Part shown: positions 47,678 to 56,945 of the stretch, piece after piece
How the letters are laid out: every line of letters begins with the position of its first letter
Position numbering within the stretch: the first letter of the stretch is position 1
NCBI GenBank assembly: GCA_944320495.1
Contig: CALUHR010000003.1
Span: 139,313 to 203,312, forward strand
From: Candidatus Methanomethylophilaceae archaeon
GTDB taxonomy: Archaea > Thermoplasmatota > Thermoplasmata > Methanomassiliicoccales > Methanomethylophilaceae
Length of the DNA stretch: 64,000 nt
Direction: 5' to 3'
Notes under the pieces: generated by a model
The model's database searches: none
What the model was told of the DNA's origin: nothing
The model's input: only the letters and a program-made list of their open reading frames with translations
Program-made: the position numbers and the translations under genes

Positions 47678-48410
47678 CGGAGAAGTCCTGATAGAGGTGA
47701 GGAACCTCGAGAAGTCCTTCGGTGACCACCAGGTCCTGAAGGACATCAGCCTGGACGTGCACAAAGGAGAGGTCATCTCCATCATCGGGCCGTCCGGATG
47801 CGGGAAGTCCACCTTCCTGAGATCCATCAACCTGCTGGAGAGGCCAACGGGCGGAAGCATAGTGTTCGAGGGTGTGGACATCCTCGACCCGAAGACCGAC
47901 GTGGACCTGCTCCGCCGCAAGATCGGCATGGTGTTCCAGAGCTTCAACCTCTTCCCGCACAAGAAGGTGAAGGAGAACATCATGCTCGCCCCTGTCAAGC
48001 TGAAGCTCATGACCGAGGAGGAGGCCTCCGCGAAGGCGGACGAGCTCCTCAGGAGGATCGGCCTCCTGGACAAGGCGGACCAGTACCCCTCGAGGCTGTC
48101 CGGCGGACAGCAGCAGCGTGTGGCCATCGCCAGGGCGCTCGCCATGAACCCGGACGTCATGCTCTTCGACGAACCGACGTCGGCGCTGGACCCCGAGATG
48201 GTCGGGGAGGTCCTGAAGATCATCAAGGACCTGGCGGACTCGGGCATGACCATGATCGTGGTCACCCATGAGATGGGATTCGCCAGGGAGATCTCCGACA
48301 GGGTGCTGTTCTTCAACGACGGCATCATCGCCGAGGAGAACACCCCGGAGGAGTTCTTCGGGAACCCGCAGAACGAGCGTCTCAAGGACTTCCTGTCCAA
48401 GATACTCTGA
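47667..48410 (+). CDS. glnQ: Polar amino-acid ABC transporter ATPase
   Basis: [38 protein letters not shown]. Confidence 0.95.
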   Translation: MPTDGEVLIEVRNLEKSFGDHQVLKDISLDVHKGEVISIIGPSGCGKSTFLRSINLLERPTGGSIVFEGVDILDPKTDVDLLRRKIGMVFQSFNLFPHKKVKENIMLAPVKLKLMTEEEASAKADELLRRIGLLDKADQYPSRLSGGQQQRVAIARALAMNPDVMLFDEPTSALDPEMVGEVLKIIKDLADSGMTMIVVTHEMGFAREISDRVLFFNDGIIAEENTPEEFFGNPQNERLKDFLSKIL

Positions 48411-48537
48411 ACAAACCGAGGGGGCGACCCCTCATTCCAAATTATCCCACATTTTACAATAGATCGTAGACAGCACATCCGGAAAACCGCTAGGAATCGA
48501 TGGCCGGGTCTTGTGACCCGGCACGATTTGGATGGTT

Positions 48538-49224
48538 TCACTGAGACCCTACGGTATCCTCGGCCGACTGGATGCACTTGGTGAGGACCGAGTAGGCGTT
48601 GATCATATCGGACTCGCCGACGATGAAGATCGTATCAGTGTGACAGCTGACGGTCTCCTCGATGTTTATGCCAGCATCCGAGAGGTTCGTGATCAGATAG
48701 GCGATGACACCGCTGGTGTCCACAATCTTCTCTGGGGACTTGACGGCGATCTCCACCAGGTTCTCGCGGACCTTGATCAGATTGAAACGGCCGACCGTAT
48801 CTATGATGCGTTCCTTCAGACGGGAATCGGCGATGATCGTGACCGCCGAGGCGGACTGGACGCACTGCATGATGCTGTCCTCGTTCCACAGGTCCTTGAA
48901 GAGGTTGTCCATCTTGTGCAAAACGGACCAATCGTTCTTCGCGGTAACGATGCAGGTCTTGGTGCGCATCTCGAGCCTGCTGTCCTTGAGGATGCTCAGG
49001 ATGCTCATCTCGTGGTCGGTGGTCACCGAGAGCTTGGACGAGTACCTGCGACAGGCTATCATGACCGCCTCCTCGTTGTCCACACCGAGGTCCTTCATTA
49101 TGGTACGGGCCAGTGACGAGTAGTTGATCAGACCTTTCGAAACACAGTCCTTGATGCTCGGATGTGCGTCGATGTACATGCGAGTCTTCTCGGCGAGACT
49201 CTCCTTGCTGACGCTCTTGGACAT
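48538..49224 (-). CDS. Archaeal ACT-domain regulator-like protein
   Basis: N-terminal YIDAHPSIKDC...GLINYSSLAR and a C-terminal ACT-like segment (GINI.E.VSC.TD). Confidence 0.75.
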   Translation of the reverse strand: MSKSVSKESLAEKTRMYIDAHPSIKDCVSKGLINYSSLARTIMKDLGVDNEEAVMIACRRYSSKLSVTTDHEMSILSILKDSRLEMRTKTCIVTAKNDWSVLHKMDNLFKDLWNEDSIMQCVQSASAVTIIADSRLKERIIDTVGRFNLIKVRENLVEIAVKSPEKIVDTSGVIAYLITNLSDAGINIEETVSCHTDTIFIVGESDMINAYSVLTKCIQSAEDTVGSQ

Positions 49225-49322
49225 GCGGAAACAATCGCCTTCGGGGTATATTATCCTGTCTCAAACTGGACAGAACAAAGTAAACCGTTCAGAAAAATGA
49301 ACAGAATGTCCCGAACGGAGAA

Positions 49323-49979
49323 TCAGTGGGAACCAGACGACTCCTCGTTCCCGATCTTCTTCATCATCTCGAAGGCGGTCTCGCTGTAGATGTCGGCACC
49401 GATCTTGTCGGCGAACGCCTGCGTGACCGGGGTTCCGCCGACCATGACAACGACACCGTTCCTGATGTCATTTTCCTGCAGATTGTCGATGACGTCCTTG
49501 AGGACCATCATGGTCGTCGTCATCAGAGACGACATCCCGCAGTATTCGGCCCCGTTCTTGATCTCCTTGATGAAACTCGTGGCCGGTACATCCCTCCCCA
49601 TATCATGGACCTCATATCCCGCAATCCTCAGGAGCACCGTGCAGATGTTCTTGCCGATGTCGTGTGTATCGCCCTCGACGGTTCCGATCACGACGATCTT
49701 GTTCTTGGGAGCGGAGACCTCATCTGATTCGAGCTGAGGCATGATGAGCTCCATAGCGCTCTCGATACCCGCCGAGGTCATCAGGATCTGCGGAAGGAAG
49801 ATCTTTCCCCTGTCGAAGAGGATACCGACCTCGCGCATGCAGATCTGGATGGAGTTGATGAGTGTCACGGCGTCCACACCGTTGTCGAGGTAGTCGGCGA
49901 CCACCCTCTTGACGTCGGCATCGGAGCCACCCATCAGCACCTTCTTCAGTTCCTTGAGATCAGGTCCATTCTCCGCCAT
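49323..49979 (-). CDS. Methyltransferase cognate corrinoid protein
   Basis: B12-binding DTHDIGKNI (DxHxxG), IFLPQI, SSLMTTTM, VMVGG.PVT...A..IGAD. Confidence 0.92.
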   Translation of the reverse strand: MAENGPDLKELKKVLMGGSDADVKRVVADYLDNGVDAVTLINSIQICMREVGILFDRGKIFLPQILMTSAGIESAMELIMPQLESDEVSAPKNKIVVIGTVEGDTHDIGKNICTVLLRIAGYEVHDMGRDVPATSFIKEIKNGAEYCGMSSLMTTTMMVLKDVIDNLQENDIRNGVVVMVGGTPVTQAFADKIGADIYSETAFEMMKKIGNEESSGSH

Positions 49980-50103
49980 TTCATCACCAGGGAAACTTTA
50001 TCCGCTCTTCAAATCTGATATAATACCACTAAGCGAAGGGCATATACAATACTTGCTCGAAGTGTCGCATATCTCTGGCCGACGCCCGAGGTGATACGTA
50101 CCG

Positions 50104-50937
50104 TCACTTCTTTTTCTTCTTCCTCTCCTTGAAGGGCTCCTCGAAGTATATGTCCAGGAACTTATCCAGCTTCTTTTCGGCGTCCCCCTCCTTCCTCTCG
50201 GAGGGCCTCTTGGCGGTCCACACCCGGGAGTAGTTCATGGACGCATCCATCAGCTGCTCGATGTAGGACAGCACGGGCTGTTCCATCCAGAATTTCACCG
50301 CTTTGGAGACGCGGTCGCGACCCTCCTTGTTCAGCCTCATTTTGATCTTGTTGGCCAGGAAGGGCATGTACTCTACGAAGAAGCCCATCTCCTCTTCGGC
50401 CCTCTTCGCCTCGCCGGGAAGCGTGGGTAGCCTGTCCTGGAACCGCACGAACACATCGTGCGCCTCGTTGAGCAGCTTGACCATATCGCTCAGATCCGGA
50501 TAGACCTTGAACGATTCGAAGGTGACGTATACATACTCGGAGAACAGCCTGTGCAGCTGTCTCTTGGTCACGGCCTCCGGGATGGCGTTGACGTACATCC
50601 CCATCACATCCTCCATCAGGTCCCTCTCGGTGAGGACCGATGCAAGATCGGCGAGACCGTTGCGGTTGTAGAACTCCGAGTCGGGAAGGTGGCTGATGAC
50701 ACAGTCGCGCATGGCCTGGAGCATCTCCCTGTACTCCCCGTCCGTCGGCTGGCCGTTGCTCTTGACGAATGCCCTCCAAACGTTGGTAGCTTCGGAGAAA
50801 TTGTTCCTCTTCATGACCTGGATGCCGCCTTCGAGACTGCGACTGGCGGCGCTTCCGGGCATCGGAGCACCGCACTTGGTGCAGAATTCGGGCTTCTCCC
50901 CCAGGATCAGCTTCCCACAGCAGACACATTTTGCCAT
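50104..50937 (-). CDS. Zinc-ribbon-containing hypothetical protein
   Basis: N-terminal CVCCG...FCTKCG followed by a helical body. Confidence 0.75.
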   Translation of the reverse strand: MAKCVCCGKLILGEKPEFCTKCGAPMPGSAASRSLEGGIQVMKRNNFSEATNVWRAFVKSNGQPTDGEYREMLQAMRDCVISHLPDSEFYNRNGLADLASVLTERDLMEDVMGMYVNAIPEAVTKRQLHRLFSEYVYVTFESFKVYPDLSDMVKLLNEAHDVFVRFQDRLPTLPGEAKRAEEEMGFFVEYMPFLANKIKMRLNKEGRDRVSKAVKFWMEQPVLSYIEQLMDASMNYSRVWTAKRPSERKEGDAEKKLDKFLDIYFEEPFKERKKKKK

Positions 50938-51106
50938 TGGTTCACACCTGTCCTCCCGCGGGTCCGACGGACTCGGCGATGGTCGTACGAACCGACGCCG
51001 GGGATGACGCTCCTGCACGCATGTACCCCCTCACGGAAACTGACGGTCAATGGTACCACCCGCTTAAAAGGTTGCTACTGGCACTTCTTCGTTTTAGGAG
51101 GTTTTC

Positions 51107-51126
51107 GGGCGGGGAGGACCCCGCCC
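51107..51126 (-). terminator. Hairpin just downstream of the argD CGA codon
   Basis: 8-bp stem GGGCGGGG-TCCT-CCCCGCCC followed by GAAAACCTCCT on the minus strand. Confidence 0.7.
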
Positions 51127-51139
51127 GCGGGCATCGCCC

Positions 51140-52321
51140 TCGGAGCTGCTCCAACACCTCCCTCAGGAGGCCGGTGAACACATCCTTCTGCGCATCCGTG
51201 AGGATTAGCGGGGGTATGAGACGGATTGTCCCTCCATGGGCGACGTTTATCAGGACGCCGTTCTCGCGACAGTACCTCTGGACGTGGGCGGCCGTCTCCT
51301 TGGAGTCCATCTCCACCCCGATGATGAGCCCGCATCCGCGGACCTCCCTAATCCTTGGGGAGTCGATGGCCTTCAGATCGGCCATCCAGCGGGCGCCCAT
51401 CTCCTTGACATGGGGCACGATCCCATCGCGCTTCATGATGTCGATGGTCGCGCATCCTGCGGCGCACACCAGCGGGTTCCCTCCGAACGTGGTGCCATGA
51501 GACCCGGGCGTCATCACCTTGGAGATCTCATCGGTGGAGTTCACCGCACCGATCGGCACACCTCCGCCGAGGGCCTTCGCCATGGTCATGATGTCTGGAA
51601 CGACACCGTAGTTCTGTATGCCGTACCATTCGCCGGTGCGGCCTATCCCGGTCTGCACCTCGTCGGTGATCATTAGCGTACCGTTGTCGGTGCACAGGTC
51701 GCGGACGCCCTTGAAGAACTCGACGGTGGCCGTGTGGACGCCGCTCTCCCCCTGTATCGGTTCTACGATGAGCGCTGCGACGTCCCGTGTCATGAGCTCC
51801 TTCACCGATTCCAGGTCACCGAAGCGGAAATACCCGTACGAATGGGCGATAAGCGGCTCAAAGGACCTCTGGATGGACTCCTGGCCCGTGGCGCCCATGG
51901 CGGCGGACGTTCTCCCGTGGAAACCGTCGAAGGCCGCGATGACCTTGGAGCGTCCTGTGTAGCGGACCGCCAGCTTCAGTGCCCCTTCGTTGGCCTCCGC
52001 CCCACTGTTGACGAACAGCGTGCGGTCCATGCCGTCGGGCGTGATCGATGCGACCCTCTCGGCCAGATCCGCCTGCTCCCCCACGTAGTAGAGGTTGGAG
52101 ACGTGAGCCATCTTGGCTGCCTGCGCCTGGACCGCCGCGACCCAGTCTGGATGCGCGTATCCGAGAGCGTTGACGGCTATGCCGGCCACCAGGTCGAGGT
52201 ACTCGCGCCCATCGCTCCCGTGGAGGTAGCAGCCGCTGCCGTGTGTAAAGGACAGCGGTATGCGGCCGTAGTTCTGGAACAGATAACGGTCGCTCTTCTC
52301 CTTGACTGATTCGAAACCCAT
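51140..52321 (-). CDS. argD: Acetylornithine aminotransferase
   Basis: YLDLVAGIAVNALG, NSGAEANE, FHGRT, EPIQGESG, DEVQTG.GRTG, MAKALGGG, HGTTFGGNP. Ends LREVLEQL-CGA (393 aa). The standard-code stop is at 51047. Confidence 0.95.
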
Positions 52322-52327
52322 CTTGCA

Positions 52328-53143
52328 TCACTTCGTGATAACGGTCCCGTGCGGGACCCCCTTCGTTATGTCTGTGACTATGTTGCGCGGATCCTTCCCG
52401 TTGACCATCCTCACGGTGGAAACGCCGGCCAACAGCGCGTTCCTGCAGGCCTCGACCTTGGGGATCATCCCTCCGGAGATGGTTCCGTCGGCGATGAGCG
52501 CGTCAACCTCCCCCAGCGTGAGCGAGTTGACCTTGGACGACGGGTCGTTCACGTCCAGCAGTATCCCGGGTACGTCGGTTATCGTGATCATCTCCTCGCA
52601 TCCGACACCGGCGGCAATTCCTGCCACCATTGTGTCTGCGTTGACGTTCAGCTTCGTCCCCTCTGCATCCTTCCCTATCGGATAGATGACGGGCGTGATC
52701 CCCTGATTGAGCAGATCGAACAGGCACTGCGGGTCCGTCCCGGACACCTCCCCGACGAGTCCCAGGTCCACCTCGCCGGTAACACCGTCCTCCTCGATGG
52801 CCATAGGGGGCTTGCGGCTGCACACGGTGCAGAAGTACCCTGGGATCCCGAGCGCCTGAACTCCGGAGTCCTGGAGGCATCCGACGACCTCTGAGTTCAG
52901 TCTCCTGAGGACGGTCTCGGCGACCTCCAGTGAATCCTCGTCGGTCACTCTGATCCCGTGGACCTTGCGAGGGATCATGCCCCTACGCTCCATCTCCTCC
53001 GAGATCTCAGGGCCGCCACCGTGAACCAGTATGATTCTGCATCCGTCGTGTATGAGCTCCGCGATCTCGGCGGAGAGGCGCATCATGTCCTCCCTGCCGC
53101 GGATGGCATTGCCCCCGAACTTGAGGACGTACAGACCCTTCAT
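52328..53143 (-). CDS. argB: Acetylglutamate kinase
   Basis: VLKFGGN, VHGGGP, RVTD, NVNAD, TDVPG, GGMIPKV. Confidence 0.95.
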   Translation of the reverse strand: MKGLYVLKFGGNAIRGREDMMRLSAEIAELIHDGCRIILVHGGGPEISEEMERRGMIPRKVHGIRVTDEDSLEVAETVLRRLNSEVVGCLQDSGVQALGIPGYFCTVCSRKPPMAIEEDGVTGEVDLGLVGEVSGTDPQCLFDLLNQGITPVIYPIGKDAEGTKLNVNADTMVAGIAAGVGCEEMITITDVPGILLDVNDPSSKVNSLTLGEVDALIADGTISGGMIPKVEACRNALLAGVSTVRMVNGKDPRNIVTDITKGVPHGTVITK

Positions 53144-53148
53144 CGGGA

Positions 53149-54375
53149 TCAGCTCGCGTACTCCGCGTTGATGCGGACGTAGTCGTAGGTGAGATCGCAT
53201 CCCCAGCCGGTGGACGACTCCTCGCCCACTCCCAGGTCTACGACGATTGTGACCTCCTTGTTGTCCATGGCCATGCGCACGACTTCGACGGCGCGCTCGT
53301 CCTGGAAGACCGGAGACCCGGAATCCAGGATCGGGACCTCCATGTCGCCCCCCTTTATCGTCAGACGCACCTCGTTGATGTCGAAGGCGCATCCGGATTT
53401 ACCGATGGCCATCATGATGCGCCCGTAGTTCGGGTCGGCCCCGAATATGGCGGTCTTCACCAGCGGGGAGTTGATGATCGCCTTCACGGCCTTGCGGGCG
53501 TCCTCCTTTGACGCGGCCCCGTTGACGTCGACCTCGATGAGCTTCGAGGCGCCCTCCCCGTCGGTAGCGATGCACCTGGCGATGTGGGTCATTATGGTCC
53601 TCAGCGCGGCCGCGAACTCCGGGTCGCGGTCCGCCGGCTTGCTGTTGGACATCCCGTTCGCCAGCAGGATGCAGGTGTCGTTGGTGGACTGGTCGCCGTC
53701 CACCGAGACCATGTTGACCGTGTCGTCGAGGATGGACTGCCAGGTGTCCGCGAAGTCCGGACCGAGCGTGGCGTCGGTGGTGATGATCGTGAGTGTGGTC
53801 CCGTGCAGGACCTTCATATGGGGCTCGATCATCCCACTGCCCTTCGATATTCCAGCCACGTAGACGAGGGTGCCGTCGGACAGGCGGACGCGGACCGCGC
53901 ATTCCTTCTTGATGGTATCGGTGGTCATTATCGCCTGGCAAATTAGACCATCCGCCTCACGGCCCACGTCCAGCGTCTTGGCCGCACGAGATATGCCGTA
54001 GCGGATCTTGTGCATGTCCAGGAAGCGACCTATCAGTCCGGTGGACATGACCCCGACCTGTTTCGGATCCAGCTCCAGCTCAGCGGCGGCGACCTGCTTC
54101 ATGGTGTAGACGTCCTCGATGCCGCGATGGCCTGTCAGGGCGTTCGCGTTGCCGCTGTTGATGACCACCGCCGACAGCGTGGGGGAGTTCTCCTCCATCA
54201 TCACCTGGACGGGCGCCGCCTTGACGTTGTTGCTTGTGAACGCGCAGTACGCCGTGGCCGGCACCTCAGAGTACACCATCCCCATGTCGAGGGACCTGTA
54301 CTTCACTCCGCTGTGGACCCCCGCGGCCTTGAAGCCCTGGGGCGTCGTTATTCCTCCATCTATGATCTCTACCAT
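53149..54375 (-). CDS. argJ: Ornithine acetyltransferase
   Basis: PQGFKAAG, NSGNANA, IMTTDT, KGSGMI.P.M, DGDQSTND, DGEGA, WGCDLTYDYV.IN. Confidence 0.96.
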   Translation of the reverse strand: MVEIIDGGITTPQGFKAAGVHSGVKYRSLDMGMVYSEVPATAYCAFTSNNVKAAPVQVMMEENSPTLSAVVINSGNANALTGHRGIEDVYTMKQVAAAELELDPKQVGVMSTGLIGRFLDMHKIRYGISRAAKTLDVGREADGLICQAIMTTDTIKKECAVRVRLSDGTLVYVAGISKGSGMIEPHMKVLHGTTLTIITTDATLGPDFADTWQSILDDTVNMVSVDGDQSTNDTCILLANGMSNSKPADRDPEFAAALRTIMTHIARCIATDGEGASKLIEVDVNGAASKEDARKAVKAIINSPLVKTAIFGADPNYGRIMMAIGKSGCAFDINEVRLTIKGGDMEVPILDSGSPVFQDERAVEVVRMAMDNKEVTIVVDLGVGEESSTGWGCDLTYDYVRINAEYAS

Positions 54376-54378
54376 CTC

Positions 54379-55401
54379 TCACACCCCCAACCCGGGCGTG
54401 TCCATCCCGGTGGTCTCCTTCAATCCGAGCATCAGATTCATGCACTGCACCGCCTGTCCCGCGGCGCCCTTGACGAGGTTGTCCACCACACCGAACGCGA
54501 CCACCTTGCCGCCGACTACGCGGGACGCCACCTGGGCGTGGTTCGACCCTGCAACGGCACGTATGGACGGTTCCGAGACATAGTGGACAAAGCGCTCCCC
54601 GCCATACTGGGACACGTAGATCGTGTCGACCTCCTCCTGCGTAGCATCGCGCCTGAGGTTGAAGTAGCACGACGACAGGATTCCGCGAACGATGGGCACC
54701 AGCTGCGGAACGAACGTCACCCTCATGCAGGACCCGGCGAAGCGGTCCACCGCCATCTCCACCTCGGGCGTGTGGCGATGATTGCCCACACTGTACGGAA
54801 TGATGGACTCCCCACAGGTGGAGTGGTGGGTGCGGGTGGTCGGGACCATCCCGGCGCCCGACGTGCCGGACTTCGCATCGACGATCACGTCCTCCTCGAC
54901 GAGGCCGGATTTCAGGAGCGGCGCGCAGGCCAGTATTATGGACGTCGCATAGCACCCAGGGTTCGCTACAAGGTCCGCACCACGAATCTCGTCCCTGAAG
55001 AACTCCGGCAGTCCGTAGACGGCACGTTGGAGGTTCTCTGCATCCGTATGCTCGTGTCCGTACCATTTCTTATAGACATCCACATCGTGAATCCTGTAGT
55101 CCCCGGACAGGTCGATTGCCTTGATGCCACGTTCCAGCAGGGCCGGCACCTCCTTCATGGCGACACCGTGGGGCGTCGCGACGAAGACCAGGTCGAGGTC
55201 GTCGGTATCCGAGATCCTCTCGGTGAACGAGATGTCGACGTATCCTCTGAGGTAGGGATGTACGTCGCTGACCTTGGCACCCGCGTTCTGACGGGAAGTC
55301 ATGGCCGAGATCTCAACGTCGGGATGGGTGCATAGTATGCGTGCGAGCTCCCCCCCGGCGTAACCGGTTCCTCCTATTATGCCGACCTTTGTCATTTCCA
55401 T
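54379..55401 (-). CDS. argC: N-acetyl-gamma-glutamyl-phosphate reductase
   Basis: IIGGTGYAG, DLSGDYR, VANPGCY, SGTSGAG, HRHTPE, DNLVKGAAGQA. Confidence 0.96.
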   Translation of the reverse strand: MEMTKVGIIGGTGYAGGELARILCTHPDVEISAMTSRQNAGAKVSDVHPYLRGYVDISFTERISDTDDLDLVFVATPHGVAMKEVPALLERGIKAIDLSGDYRIHDVDVYKKWYGHEHTDAENLQRAVYGLPEFFRDEIRGADLVANPGCYATSIILACAPLLKSGLVEEDVIVDAKSGTSGAGMVPTTRTHHSTCGESIIPYSVGNHRHTPEVEMAVDRFAGSCMRVTFVPQLVPIVRGILSSCYFNLRRDATQEEVDTIYVSQYGGERFVHYVSEPSIRAVAGSNHAQVASRVVGGKVVAFGVVDNLVKGAAGQAVQCMNLMLGLKETTGMDTPGLGV

Positions 55402-55706
55402 CACTCGGATTATATACGCCAGCCGACACGAATACCGTTAAAATAGATATTGTTCTATTTCAGACATACTATGTACACCCCGTCCTTTCGGCAACATGCG
55501 TGGCGCATTAGGAACCGACCTGTGGACAGACTGACAGACTGTCCACGTCCTGTCCATCCGACCATTGAGATGCCCGGATAGGCGACGTCGGGATTGTGGA
55601 GACACTGCATGTCTGATAACAGACATCCCATTTCCCGTTTGTCCGTGCACGCACATGCGCATGGACAACGCTTTATTACCTGATAGAATGCGCACCTCCG
55701 ATCACA

Positions 55707-56945
55707 ATGACTTGCTGCAGCGACAACAAGGACAAGAACGGGAAAGGGACGAGGGACAAAGTCGTCCTCGCTTACTCCGGAGGACTGGACACCTCCGTGG
55801 CCATACACTGGCTCCAAGAGACCTACGACGTGGACGTCATCGCCATCGCCATCAATGTCGGACAGCCCCCCAGCAACGACGACATCGTCACCCGCGCCCT
55901 GAGGAACGGCGCCATTAAATCGGACTTCATCAACGCCACCGAGGAGTTCGTCTCCGATTACGTCTGGCCCTCGCTGAAAGCCAACGCTCTCTATCAAAAC
56001 GTCTACCCCCTCAGCACCGCCATCGCCAGGCCCCTCATCGCCAAAAAACTCGTTGAAGTCGCCAAGGCCGAGGGTGCCAAGTACATCGCCCACGGATGCA
56101 CCGCCAAGGGTAACGATCAGGTCAGGTTTGACGTGGGCATCGTCTCCCAGGACCCTAACCTGAAGATCATCGCACCCATGCGCGAGTGGGTCACCACCAG
56201 AGAGAAGGAGATCGAGTACGCCAAAGAGCACGGCATCGAGATCATCGTCAAGAAGGAAAGCCCCTACTCCAGGGACGAGAATCTCTGGGGAAGCTCCTGC
56301 GAGTGCGGTATCCTCGAGGACCCTTGGGCGGAGCCTCCCGCGGACGTATGGGAGAACACCGTCGACCCAGAGAAGGCCCCCAACGAGCCTGAGTACATCG
56401 AGATCGAGTTCGAACAGGGCATCCCCGTTGCCCTGAACGGCGAGAGGATGGACGGCGTCCAGCTCATCGAGAAGCTAGACAGAGTCGCCGGAGCCCACGG
56501 CGTCGGAAGGATCGACCACGTCGAGGACCGTCTCATGGGAATCAAGAGTCGCGAGACCTACGAGTGCCCCGCCGCCGTCACCCTCATCAAGGCCCACCAG
56601 GCCCTCGAGGGCATGACCCTCCCCAGGGACACCATCGAGTACAAGCGCGGCATCGAGCAGAAGTACTGCCAGCTCGTCTACGACGGCCTCTGGTTCGGCG
56701 GGCTCATGGAGCCCCTCCAGGCCTTCATCGACAAGACCCAGGAGTTCGTCTCCGGAACCGTCCGCGTGAAGCTGTACAAAGGCAGCGCAACCGTCGTCGG
56801 CAGGAAGTCCCCCTACTCCATGTACGACGAGGGGCTGAGCACCTACGCCGAGGGCGACGTGTTCGACCACAAGTCCGCCACCGGGTTCATCTACGTCTGG
56901 GGACTGCCCGGAAGGACCGCCGCGAAGAGCCACGGGAAGAAGTGA
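55707..56945 (+). CDS. argG: Argininosuccinate synthase
   Basis: AYSGGLDTS, HGCTAKGNDQVRF, YSRDENLWG, IKSRE.YE.P. Confidence 0.97.
   Translation: MTCCSDNKDKNGKGTRDKVVLAYSGGLDTSVAIHWLQETYDVDVIAIAINVGQPPSNDDIVTRALRNGAIKSDFINATEEFVSDYVWPSLKANALYQNVYPLSTAIARPLIAKKLVEVAKAEGAKYIAHGCTAKGNDQVRFDVGIVSQDPNLKIIAPMREWVTTREKEIEYAKEHGIEIIVKKESPYSRDENLWGSSCECGILEDPWAEPPADVWENTVDPEKAPNEPEYIEIEFEQGIPVALNGERMDGVQLIEKLDRVAGAHGVGRIDHVEDRLMGIKSRETYECPAAVTLIKAHQALEGMTLPRDTIEYKRGIEQKYCQLVYDGLWFGGLMEPLQAFIDKTQEFVSGTVRVKLYKGSATVVGRKSPYSMYDEGLSTYAEGDVFDHKSATGFIYVWGLPGRTAAKSHGKK

Noticed and set aside
49323-49979. Orphan corrinoid protein with no adjacent methyltransferase
   Set aside because: Multiple dispersed corrinoid paralogs are normal in methylotrophic methanogens.
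30545-51142. Independent TGA-to-CGA sequencing errors or chance stop-loss as the explanation for the read-through ORFs
   Set aside because: Random errors would not hit only stop codons, would not place two on one TCGA palindrome, and would not explain the exclusion of CGA from gene interiors. Raw reads should still be checked.
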